Source of the DNA: the human T2T-CHM13v2.0 reference genome, Homo sapiens | Assembly: GCF_009914755.1 (NCBI RefSeq) | Contig: NC_060928.1 | Length of the DNA: 64,000 nucleotides | Reading direction: 5' to 3' (one strand) | In this document: positions 14,418 through 27,532 of the stretch, one piece after another | Layout: each line of letters begins with the position of its first letter | Position numbering within the stretch: the first letter of the stretch is position 1 | The notes under the pieces: model-generated | The model's database searches: none | What the model saw: only the letters and a program-made list of their open reading frames with translations | Told to the model about the DNA's origin: nothing | Position numbers and translations under genes: made by a program

Positions 14418-14715
14418 TTTTTTGTTTTTTGTTTGTTTGTCTGTTTTTGACACAAAGTCATTCTGTCATCCAGGCTGGAGGGCAGTGGTGCAATCTTGGC
14501 TCACGGCAACCTCCGCCTCCCAGGTTCAAGTGATTCTCCTGAGTAGCTGGGATTACAGGCATGCCCCACCATGCCAGGCTAATTTTTGTATTTTTAGTCG
14601 AGACAGGGTTTCACAATGTTGGCCAGGCTGGTCTTGAACTCCTGACCTCAAATGACCTGTCCATCTCGGCCTCCTAAAATGCTGGGATTACAGGCATGAG
14701 GGACTGCATCTGGCC
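14418..14715 (-). mobile_element. AluS (with small internal deletion)
   Basis: T-rich tail and reverse Alu; gattctcctg|agtagctggg junction lacks about 13 nt. Confidence 0.92.
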
Positions 14716-15389
14716 TCATGTTCTATTTTTTAAATTTCCTAGGGAAAAGTCATTCTAGGGAAAAATTTTCATTGGCCAGAATTGGGCTATGTATTTATTC
14801 CTGATCATCAACCATGGCTGGGAGATGGGGTCCCGTAAAATCATGGAGACACCTGGTCCAGCCATAGGGAGTTGTAGGAACAGACACTTGCAGCGGAAGT
14901 ATTGAGTTTTTGTCCTAGAACGAAAGGAGCTGAGACCTAAAATACTGTGATTTCCACAGAAACAAACCAACCCAAGACTCTATTTTAAAAACTTTCTCAT
15001 TCTGTAAGAAGCCTTGTGCTAGATCCTCAGGAAATAAAACATTAAATATCACAGACCCTAACCTCAAACAATGTACAAACTTTTGTGAGAATGGAGTAAG
15101 AGAATGGAGCAAGCATAATTATCAAACATCTATAGGGCAACGAGGACATTTCCTCTCTGTTCCTTAAAATCACCCTGCAGAAATGTATTCGTTTAGCTGT
15201 ATTATAGGCAAAAACAAAACAAAACAAAAAACAACAACAACAAAAACTATCACCATGAAATAGCTTTACATAGAACAGTAGATGGGTTCAAAGGAATGAG
15301 AGAAATCACATTTAAGATAAACAGGAAAGGGTTCACGGGGAAGGTAATGTGAGCCTTTAGCGATAGGTACTATTTTTTGATGATGATAA

Positions 15390-16100
15390 TGTTACCAGGA
15401 AGTGTGGGGGTCCTTGGTTCTTGTCTTCTTGGAGGAAATAATTCAGCCAAGAGACCAACTAGTAAAAGAAGCAAAGGGCTTATTAAGGAAATAAGAGTAG
15501 ACTCCAAGAGAGGAATGGACTGACCGGGCTGGGAGCAGCCCAGAAAGTTCTCTGTTGGGTTTTTATTCTGCTGGACTATTTCTTTAAGTTCCCACCTCTG
15601 TCTCCAGTCTCCTCCCTTGTCTTTTTCTACTTTCCTAATTCTGTCTTAAGTCTTTGCCTTGTCCCTGCCTAGTTCCCTCCCAGGTCTGTGGGACTTCCCC
15701 TTACTGTCAGTTGATGCACATGTGTGAGCACAGGTGATCAATACGAATCCTACCTAACAGCAGGGCAGTGTTGCTCATTACCACCACCCCAGGAAGGTTG
15801 TATAGTGGTTAAATCTGTGCTTATTGTTCTTATGTATCTCTTAGAATTCCATTTTGCCCCGTTTCCCTTCTTCTCAGCATGTAGCTAGTGACATTCTGAC
15901 ATTTTAACTGTGGAATGGGCAATTACTGGGCACCATAAGGGGCATTTTGGGTGTTGCTTTCTGCATAGGAATTTTCCCTCCTTTCTGCTCATATCTAGTA
16001 TGAATATTTTGGGTGGTCTCTGGGGCATGGGATTTTCCAGAGCTTCCTCCCCCAGGTGCTTTATTTCCTGCTCATGGCTAACTATCTGCCTACTCTAACA
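15390..16100 (-). mobile_element. ERV1-class solo LTR (MER50-like)
   Basis: TG...CA termini, perfect 4-bp TSD ataa at 15386-15389 and 16101-16104; minus strand begins tgttagagtaggcagatag. Confidence 0.8.
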
Positions 16101-18404
16101 ATAAGATTACAGACTAAAACCCTGGGGTTAAAAACCATGTTGTATATTTGGGCAAAAATGAATTATCCAATAGAGGTTGAATATTGAGGCAAGTCAAGAG
16201 TAGGAAAATAGTTTAAAACTATGTTTAGTTATTTTAATAGGAAAATAATATTACCCTACTTTTAATAGATAAGGATTAGTAGACACAAATATAAATATAT
16301 AGGTGAGATAAGAAGGTTCTGAGATTCTTTTTGATTTTCTGTTCAATAAACGGATTCTTAGCAAGGCTGTGGCTTCTCTGTTACTCATTTTAAAAGTAGA
16401 AATGGCATTGAGATTTACTGATGAATCATGTGCTATGGAACAGATTCTGATATTTTAATTATCTCAGTTTGATGTTACAGAAAGACGTCTTAAAACAAAT
16501 TGCGTACCAATTCTTAATTAACGACACTATAATATGGTTTATTACTAGAGTTGTACTGAAGATACACGGAGGCAAAATGAAATACAGAACTATACAAATC
16601 TTTTCAAATAATAAGTACTACAAATAAAAGATAAATGTCATCTACATTAGTCTGAATTAACTTGATAATTACTTTATGACTCATTTTGGCATTATCACTG
16701 TTTATTTAGTAAAATATTTGGTTAGTTTTAAGAGTTGAAGTAACGTGTTAGCAAAGTTAGTGAAATTGCAGAAACAAACCGTCTAACCCTCAAAAAGTCA
16801 CATGAACGGTGGAAGCTAACTTGTAACAATGGGCAGAGCCATTTGCTACTGGAGGGATAATCAGCCTCACCAAGTCAACTTAGATAGTAACCTTAGTTAA
16901 GATAGTCATTTTAATGAAAAAATGGCATACATCTTCTGAGTTGTGAATAAGAATTGTCCTCAATCACATCTGGAATTGATAAACATATTTTTGTTCAGCA
17001 AGCAGAGAATTACTTTTGTGAATTACATATTTCCTCAGGCCACTCAGCCTTCGGAGGCAACCAAGGGCTTATGCATGGTAATTATAATTTGATTTGATTC
17101 AAAATTTCAACCACGTTTGGGTGATCTTCCAAAATAGCCCCCAGTCTCTTACACTTCACAGTTGATGTTGGAATGCTCTAGTCTTGTAGGCCTTTTGATT
17201 ATTTTTTCTGCTTGCTCTGTTGCTCCTAGTTTCCTTAATCCCAGTGAGCTACTCGACCGCCCTCATTAGGCTGAGAATGTTTATTGGCTTAAAATGTATT
17301 TGTAGACCCAAGATGGAGCTGTCTCTGTTTCTCCACTTTCAAAATTCAGTATTAGTGTTCACAGAAGTTACTTTTCATTCATTCCAAATTTCCTTCACCA
17401 TTTCTCTCAGAGGTCCATAGACTCCTTGCAGACACAAAATGTTCTGGAAACTACATTAAGTGTGGCTACGAATTACCCCTTTCTCTGAGATTCAAAATAT
17501 GTGTAAATTTAGTCTTTTCAGTCTTTTTTCTACACAAAGAAGCAGCCCTATCTTAAATGCCATTGGTAGAAATGAACTACTGCAGAATATTGACTCTGGA
17601 TATCAGAACATATTTCATTTTAAACCATAAATCAGCTACCACATAGGGCTAAGTGAGGTTCAGAGGGTGTCAAGCATGAATCCGAGATCATGACAGGCCT
17701 TCATAGAAAGTGCCCAACTGTGGCAGGCAGTCCCTTCATTATACCTGTCCCCAGCCTCAGCATTGTGGTACAGTTAAAAAGTGTTTTGTTTTGTTTCTTT
17801 TTTACCTTCTTTCATACAGTAGGAGCACTCAAAATTACCTAATGTATCACTCAAGTGAAAAAAAAAAAAATCAGGATAACCCACTAAGTCTTAACTAAGT
17901 TTGGCTGCCTTTTAAGTACTATGTTAATATTGGTGATGCTTTTCCGGAAACGGAACTGCTTGACCTCTTTCTTCTTTATTATAGAAAACAAAGGATAATG
18001 AGTCAGGCAGAACTAATTTTAAATGATAACAAAATAATGATTAAAAACCAAGTTAATTTTGCATACATCGATTGATGTTGAAAATGCACTAATAAAATGA
18101 CTGCAAATTAGACATTGTAAGACAAGATAAACAAGCAAAATGAGACTCATCTGTCTCAGTTGCAAAATGAAACACTCAAATCCATTGCCTCTATCATTTT
18201 GTATTTATGTAATACTGATCACATCAAACATTATTCTGTTTATAAATGACTTCATATGTGAAACAATGAGATACAGTGGAACTGTTTATAATTCTAGACT
18301 TCTGTTCAGAGTAGAACTAACAAGTGTAATACAGGCTAAATAGATAGCATCAGTCATTTGTGTTTTTGTTTCTTGGTTATGATTTCAAGATATGTCATAT
18401 CTGG

Positions 18405-18529
18405 ATAGTTAACCGTGTAATTTATAATCCAAACCAGGAAACTTTTGAGAGTGAAAGAAGAAACTACTTATGATTATGTTGGGGCAATATGCATCTACCC
18501 TGAGTAAACCAGGACAAATAGTAACTTTA
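18405..18529 (+). mobile_element. MER81-like hAT MITE
   Basis: taatttataatccaaaccaggaaacttttgagagtgaaag...aaaccaggacaaatagtaac. Confidence 0.65.
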
Positions 18530-18926
18530 TAGACTTGTGTAATGAGGCTTTATTCTATTTAGCTACTTTTGTTTTGACAGTTTTGTTATATTTTAATTCA
18601 TGTAAAGATGCCAACAATTACAGAACTTTAAAATCAGTTAGCAATTTCTACCCTGTCTCTGTACATGTTTCATTGCTTTTTTTCATCTATTATTATCAAA
18701 TTTCAGAGTTCTTTGAGCATAAAAGTCTTCATTCTAACATAAATAGTACATTTCTATTTGGTGTCAATAATACGTATACATAAACCCTTATCTTCCTTCA
18801 TGTATATTATTTTTTTCATATCGCAAGACATCTTTAAAATATAAAAGCATTTTTTTATTGCTTATGTCTCTAGTTGTTTTTATAATATTGTTGACTTGGA
18901 TACATAAAGAAATGATCGATGGTTCA

Positions 18927-19333
18927 TGATATGGTATGGCTCTGTGTCCCCACAAAAATTTCATGTCAAATTGTAATCCCTGGTGTTAGAAGTGGGGCCC
19001 AGTGGGAGGTGATTGGATCTTGGGGGCAGTTTCTCATGGTTTAACACCATTCTCCTTGGCACTGTTACTGTGATAGTGAGTTCTCGTGAGATCTGTTTGT
19101 TTAAAAGTGTGTGGCACCTCCCCACAACCTTGCTTCTGCCCCAGCTATGTAAAACGTGTCTATTTCCCTTTCACCCTCTGCCAGGATTACAAGTTTCCTG
19201 AGGCCTCCCCAGAAGCATAAGCCACTATGCTTCCTGTACAGCTTGCAGAACCAGGAGCCAATTAAACCTCTTTTCTTTATAATTTTCTGAGTCTCAGTTA
19301 TTTTTTATAGTAGTGCGAGAACAAACTAATACC
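18927..19333 (+). mobile_element. MSTA-like MaLR solo LTR
   Basis: tgatatggtatggctctgtgtcccc...gagccaattaaacctcttttc...gagaacaaactaatac. Confidence 0.88.
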
Positions 19334-19379
19334 GTATTGAAGAGAATCACAGAATAGGATGTGATTAACAAATTTAATT

Positions 19380-19580
19380 CTTATTGAGAATTATTATTTG
19401 CAAGCACTAAGCCATGAGCTTGTGCAGATATTATCTAATTTTTGTCCTTAAAAATGATGCTTTGAGATAGGTATGTTATGTTAATTTTCCCATAGAAAAA
19501 CTGAAGTGAAAGAAAAAGTTTACCCCAAATGACAGAGCTTTTAAGAAGTGAAAATGGCATATAGAAGCAGGTTCTTATCC
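19380..19580 (-). mobile_element. MIR remnant
   Basis: tattgagaattatt...gagataggtatg...gaaaaactgaag...gaagcaggttct. Confidence 0.55.
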
Positions 19581-21550
19581 TTACTATTGTGCTTTTTTTC
19601 TACATTTTTATAGAACCTGCACGTTCTATACAATCTGCAAATTCTATATATAGCTCTAAAACCTAAAGTAGAAGACGGCATTAAAAAGTCAAATTAGTGT
19701 TACAGTAGCCTTGAAAATAATTCTGTAATATATCGATCACAATATAAAAATGGAATATAAACTCAAGTTATTATTTTAGTACACATGAATATGATTAGAC
19801 AATTCATCAGTTTGTTCAATAAACAAACAACCAATATCCACTAGGAAACAAATTTTAATAAATCATATTTCTTGTTTAAAAAAATGTGCTTCACAGAACC
19901 CACAAGTTGTTGAGGTAATAGGGAAAAGTTATCTGTCTTAAAGTTTAGTTTCAATGTCAGGGCTTTCCCAGAAATATTAGAAATAGTTTTACCTGTTTCA
20001 GCTCATGACAATACATAATAGAGCCTAAGTACACCAGCTTTGGCAGCCTAGAAGACAACAAAGTTTATCTCAAATCTCAACTTGGATTGGAGGAACATAT
20101 TCTTTTCAAACAAGTATTTTGTTAAATATTTTGTTTGGGCAAGTATCTTTTCATCCTGAAGAAATATTAATATATTCTTTATTATTTGTTATGTATTAAT
20201 AAACAACCATTATTGAGGCCTATCTCAATGGTGGTCCATTTGTTAAGAGCTTACTGTTATAGAAAGTAATCAGTAACATCATCCAAAACCACCCTCAAAT
20301 TGTGGATGCCATACATCTAAGGCAAAATTCTAAAAAGGAAAGTCTTCCATGTTTCATTTATTTTAGATCCAAGGAGTTCTTCTCATTAACATTTCCCTTG
20401 GTCTTTGGTGTTTGTGTTCCTGAACCTCCTCTTGTTCAGCCTGATTTGTAGCCTTGCTGCTGTGCTATGTTTATTACTGTACTAAAACAAGGTTACTTTG
20501 TACAAATAACCAGATGCATCCTCTAAGTAGGTCTCTAAGGAATGCCAGTAATGTTTCCTGAAACAGTCATGCATTAGGCGTGTGAAGTCTGAGAAAGCCG
20601 ATCACAGGGTTATCTTCCCACCATATGAATCAGATGTTTGTTATTCCTTATTCTGCTCTTCACTATATTGTTAAATGTTAAGAAACGATTGGGAAGAAAG
20701 GCTGTTAATTAACAAAAGACACTGGAGAATAGATCACCCAAAGGGTAGGGAAGCCAATTAACTGGAACAGTGAGAAACATTGTGTGTTCAAATCCAGAAT
20801 TGTGCTGAAGCAGGCACAAAATAACAACACTCACAAGATGACAAAATATAAGGTGGGAAGAGAGTCAGACGAAAGTAGAATTGTAAAAGGCAAAGCAGAA
20901 ATGAAAGGTCAATCCCTATAGAGCAGGTTATTTACAGAACTCAGTAAAGGGAAATATAGGCTTATAGTAAGAAGTAACTAATAAAAAATGGAGAGAGCTT
21001 CCCCCTCTGCCCAAGGAAAATATAACACATTTATTACTTAAAAAAAAGAAAAACTGTCAATAGTTGAAAGTCACTTTGTCAAAATTAGTAGCATTATTAC
21101 AATATATTTTTAAGTCCATATGGACCAGATTGTCAATTGTACCCTGTACTAAGCTCGAAACTAAGGCTCTTGGGCATTTTTTTCTATCTCAAGTAAGCAA
21201 TGTGAACAAGCCAAAGCAGTTCTGTGTGTGTACAAAATGGCTCCCACCGAGTATGTAAGAATTTTCAGATCAAATATCTTCATAATTTTTAACAGTTGTG
21301 AACAATCTCTATCCCTTTTCAGTTTCATTCCTCACTGATGCCCCTAGCCTTGCAAGCCAAAGAGCCTGTAGAGATTTCTGCGGAATAAACCTGCCCATCA
21401 GAAGATGGAATCCAATACATTAATTTCATTAACATCTTCTCTAAACAACTGGCCTAAACAATAATTATTCACAGAATGAAGTTAGCTTGTTAGTATAGAC
21501 TTTTTTATATAGATAATTTAACATGAGAAATCTTGTGTTTTTAAATCTCA

Positions 21551-21653
21551 TGATATGGTATGGCTCTGTGTCTCCACCAAAATCTCATGTCAAATTGCAA
21601 TCCCTGGTGTTAGAAGTGGGGCCCAGTGGGAGGTGATTGGATCATGGGGGCAG
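21551..21653 (+). mobile_element. 103-bp copy of the 5' end of the MSTA LTR at 18927
   Basis: About 5 mismatches in 103 bp relative to 18927-19029. Confidence 0.9.
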
Positions 21654-21872
21654 GGAGGCTAGGCCAGTCTCTCTCTTTTTCATGTTTTTCTGCCTGCTTT
21701 ATATCTCTGGCAGCTGATTAGATTGTGCCCACCAGATTAAGGGTGGATCTGCCCTCCCCAGCCCACTGACTCAAATGTTGTCTCTTTTGGCAACACCCTC
21801 AGAGACACACCCAGGATCAATACTTTGTATCTTTCAATCCAATCAAGCTGACACTCAGTATTAACCATCACA
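21654..21872 (-). mobile_element. MLT2A1 (HERV-L LTR) 5' half, truncated
   Basis: Minus strand starts tgtgatggttaatactgagtgtcagcttgattggattgaaag. Confidence 0.85.
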
Positions 21873-22581
21873 TGTATTAAGTGGATGCTTAAGGGATTTA
21901 GGGAATACTTTTTCTCTATGGACTGTCTTCTTCCTAGTTTCTTGCTAAAGAAGCCAAGAAAGTTTGATGTTACTAAACTTAGTAGTGGTCTCTTCTTCCA
22001 ATTTTTCCTTTTCTGAGGCAAAAAACCTTCATGGTTTCACCTTAGAAGTGAGTAGCTGTAAAGGAATCTTAATTAAGGCAAAAATCTAAAATGTGTTTGT
22101 TTAGTAGTATATGTAATCACATTCAATGAGATCCATATGTGAGCAAAAAGTAATGAATGCAAATGCTTTTAGTAATTGCTTTCTTTCTTTGGTTAACACA
22201 TCCCTAACAATATCTGACAATATAAATTTGACCTTTGAGAATTATCTCCCCTAATTTCCCTTATTTCACTCTCTAGTTCTCTTGATACCATCTGTTCTTT
22301 TCCTTCTTCTTCCTTTTATTTTACTTTTCTTTGTCTCTTTTCTGGAAATACATTGAACATCTATTTTCTTGGGTGCTTTCACTGAGCTTCAGTAAATACA
22401 TTCAATGTTATTTCTATTTATTCAAATTCTATAAATATGGAATTCTGACTACAGCTATCTTTGTCATTTCGTTGTATCCTTCCATTTCAATTATTTACAG
22501 TGTACTTGCCTGACCCCACACTTACTTTTTATAAAACTAGAACTAATATGTGGATAGGAGATGCTATAGTGAATAAACTAT

Positions 22582-23075
22582 TGTATTAGGGTTCTCTAGA
22601 GGAACAGAACAAATGAGATACAGGTTTATATGAAGGGGAGTTTATAAGCAGAATTGACTCACACATTCACAAGGTAAAGTCCCATGATAGGCAGTCTGCA
22701 AGTTGAGGAGCAAGGAAGCCAGTGATGGATCAGTATGAATCCCAAAACCTCCTAAGTAGGGAAGCCAAGAGTGCAGCCTCCAGTCTGTGGCCAAAGGCCC
22801 GAGAACCCCCGGGCAAACTACTGGTGTAAGTCCAAGAGTCCAAAAGCCGAAGAGCTTAGAGTCTGACGTTTGAGGGCAGGAAGCATCCAACACGGGAGAA
22901 TGATGAAGGTCGGAAGACTCAGTAAGTCTAGTCCTTCCAGCTTCTTCTGCCTGCTTGATTCTAGCCACGCTGGCAGTTGATTACATCTTCTTTGGCAACA
23001 CCCTCACAGCCACCCAGGAACAATACTTTGCATCCTTTAAGCCAATCAAGTTGACACTCAATACTAACCATCACA
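22582..23075 (-). mobile_element. MLT2A2-like (HERV-L) solo LTR with internal deletion
   Basis: TG...CA termini; perfect 5-bp TSD actat at 22577-22581 and 23076-23080. Confidence 0.88.
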
Positions 23076-23294
23076 ACTATGTTTCGGGTAGTTAGTCCGT
23101 TGTAGAAGGACTTTCCAGGAATAGTATGTGACATTTATCTTAACAGTAAATTGGTAATGCAATTACAACTAAAATAGAAAGTATCAGCTTTGGGATCAGT
23201 TCTCAGATATCAACTGTCCATCTTAGAGGCTGATTTAACTCCAGGTGTGTTTTAAATTCTCTTGTACTTTGATAAGCTTTTAAAATACATTGGT

Positions 23295-23690
<396 letters not shown>

Positions 23691-23807
23691 TCATTTATTT
23701 GTGCGATTTGCCTGCTGATAAGAGAGTAATTGAAGTTAAGTCTTCTTCTTCCACTTGGTGGTATGTGCTTAGGCATATTATTTTGACGTCAGTTCTTTTT
23801 TTTCTGA

Positions 23808-24172
<365 letters not shown>

Positions 24173-24542
24173 ATATATGTGCTTTTCTTAGAAGTCATCA
24201 ATGTTCAATCTCTCACAAAAATGTGTAAACATTTATAAACCCATTTATATTTACATAGAATCCATATTTCTGTTATAGTAACATATTTTACAAACTATTT
24301 TCTCTCTCGAAAAGTTGCAGTTAGCTTTATTTACAGTTATTTCTTTGACAGATGAATTCCTCCTTGCCTCTCAACTGAAACCTGTCTGAGGCCACAGTGA
24401 CCTCCTGAATTACCAAATCTTTGCCTTTTTTCTTTCATGTCATTTAGCTTTGCTATTATCTATGGCCAAATATTTTTCCTAAAGCATTGAAAGATCTCAT
24501 GCTTAGACTCAACATTTTTTAATAGGAAGAATAAAGAAAAGT

Positions 24543-24726
24543 AGTATTTATTACCGACTATGTTTCAGGCCTCCTTTTAAGTTCTTTACATGCATTAACT
24601 CATTTGTTCTTCAAAATAATCTAATGTAGTAGATAATATTAGATACTGTTATTATCATCTTAGAGAAAACAGGCACAAGAAGCTTAGTGTCATGCTCAAA
24701 GCTTTGCAGTACATAAATAATGCAGA
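24543..24726 (-). mobile_element. MIR remnant
   Basis: ctttacatgcattaactcatttg...tactgttattatcatc...gagaaaacaggcac. Confidence 0.65.
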
Positions 24727-24920
24727 CAAATTACTTAAATTTAAGATATATACATATATAGTATATATAACTATATATGTAGTTGTCTGTTGGAGTCAGT
24801 CTGTTGAAGATATACATATTCATTTCAAATTATATATAAAAATATGATATACATGTATATACATGTAGACACACACAGTTGCAGACAACAAAGAACATTT
24901 TGGGTCATTTGTGGTAACTA

Positions 24921-25318
<398 letters not shown>

Positions 25319-25749
25319 TTAGTGTAAAATTAAAATACAGATTTGGGGATTTGGGGACCCTTGTGTATAATTACAAGGTCTCGCATGAAGTCTCCTAACC
25401 AAAGATTGGGAATGCTAATGTAGCTCTTAGTCACTGTCTCAGCTATCATTATTCACGTTACCTCTTTAGGTTCTTATTTTTTCTTTGTTTTCATGTGTTA
25501 ATTTCATGTCATTTGCCCTTCACTAGTCCCTCTATTTTTCCATCATACTTTGTTGATATGTATTTCTCACAAACCAATACAAAAGAGTAGGAAAATATTT
25601 TTGTCTACAGAGTTAATCTTGATATTTATGTTTATACAAATTCATTTGGGGGACTCTTCATTGGCTGCAAATGCTCACTGGGCTAAATTTCCCATAAGTA
25701 TTTTAATGCAAAATTTCTCATTTCATTTGTTGTGCAGATGAAAATTATA

Positions 25750-26058
25750 GGCTAGGCATGGTGGCTCATGCCTGTAATCTCAGTGCTTTGGGAGGCCAAA
25801 GCAGGAGGATTGCTTGAGCCTTGGAGTTTGGGAGCAGTCTGGGAAACACAGTGAGACCCTGTCTCCGCAAAAAATAAAAATATTAACCTAGCACAGTGGC
25901 ACACACCTGTGTTCCCAGCTACTGTGGGGCTGAGGTGGGAGGATTGCTTGAGCCTGGGAGGTTGAGGCTGCAGTAAGGCATGATTGCACCACTACACTCC
26001 AGCCTGAGTCACAGTATGAGAACCTGTCTCAAAACAAATAATAAAATAAAATTAAATT
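25750..26058 (+). mobile_element. AluJ
   Basis: ggaggattgcttgagcc in both arms and gttgaggctgcagt (J diagnostics). Confidence 0.93.
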
Positions 26059-26742
26059 AAAATTGTAAGTACCTTTATATTAGTATTGATTTTAAATATC
26101 ATTTTATATTCTTCTGAGAAGTCCTCAGTCAATCTTTGGAGTGCATATAACATATTGTAGAAACCAAATTCACTTCTGTGGAAATTAACTATAAACTGAC
26201 AATAATAAAGAGATGTAGACAAGTAGAATAAGGCTGTTAGAACCAGAAAAAATTGTAGAGATTCTTTCATTAAACCATCTCTTTTTAACCACATAAAGTT
26301 GTTAAAGGATAAAATATCTACATAATTAAAAAAATACCATCATAAATTTGTTCTTTAGGTATTTTAAGGTAGAAAATAAGAAACTTAATAAAAATCAAAC
26401 AAATAAAAATATAATTCAATTTATAGTGAACAAAAATATTTTAAAGGCAAACTCAAAAAAAGCATTTCCAACAATTTTAGAACATGATAAATTATACTGT
26501 TACCTGTGCTGCCATTATATCAAAGTAACCAGTCAATTCAGTCATAATTGAATCATAATGACAAAAGAGCTAATTTATTTTCTTCATTTTTTCATTGTAA
26601 ATTTGACATTTTGTAAAACTTACTACAGACAAAAGACTGAGAAGATGTATAATTTTCTCACACCTGTATTGATTATATAAAAATCAGTGCATTTTAGTTT
26701 ATGAGTAAAAAGGATTTCATATTTCTTATGTTAATACATAAG

Positions 26743-26923
26743 TGTATTAGTCCATTTTCACACTGATAAAGGCATACCTGAGACTGGGCAATTTACAAAA
26801 GAGAGAGGTTTAATGCACTTCCAGTTCCACGTGGCTGTGGTGGCCTCAAAATCATGGCAGAAGGTGAAGGACACGTGTCATATGGTGGCAATCAAGAGAA
26901 AAGAGCTTGTGCAGGGAAACTCC
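26743..26923 (-). mobile_element. THE1C/D LTR 3' half (truncated)
   Basis: tgtattagtccattttcacactgataaag...gagcttgtgcagggaaactcc, then abrupt switch to L2-like sequence. Confidence 0.8.
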
Positions 26924-27197
26924 AGTCAAGGAAGTTTGTGATGGTTTATTGGAGACATATTAATATCATCAGTTTTAAAGTTGAGATGTGGATACAAATT
27001 TATCAGGTAGACAAATGTTTCCTGAAACAGGTAAATAGAGTATGAAGAGGTGGAGAGAATATAATAATCCAGGAAATGGAAAAGCCATAGAAGTATGTGA
27101 GCATGATGAGTGGAAGGAGCTATAAGTAGTTCAACATGATTGGAACATAAAATTCAAGATAAAGATTGGCATGGATGGAAGTGAAGAAGTAGATTGG

Positions 27198-27532
27198 AAT
27201 CTTAGTCTCTTTTGTGCTGCTGTGACAGAATACCACAGACTAGGTAATTCATAATGAACATAAATTTATTTTTTCACAATTTTGTAGACTGAGCATTTCA
27301 AAGTAAAGTTGCCTGCATCTGGTAAGGGCCTTTTTGCTGCATTATCACATGACAAATGGCAGACAGGCAAGAGAGCAAACTCTCCAGATGAAGCCCTTTA
27401 TAACATTAATCCCTTTGTGAGGGAGGAACTCTCATGACCTCAGCACCACCTAAACCCCACCTCCCAAAATTTGCGTTGGGGTTTAAGTTTCAACAAGGGT
27501 TTTGGAGGAAACAAAACATTCAAACCATAGCA
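27198..27532 (-). mobile_element. MST (MSTC/D-like) solo LTR within an L2 remnant
   Basis: cttagtctcttttgtgctgctgtgacagaataccacagact...acattcaaaccatagca; TSD approximately attgg / gttgg. Confidence 0.8.

Noticed and set aside
18927-21653. Two LTRs of one MSTA provirus
   Set aside because: The intervening DNA holds a MIR and unique sequence, not MST internal sequence
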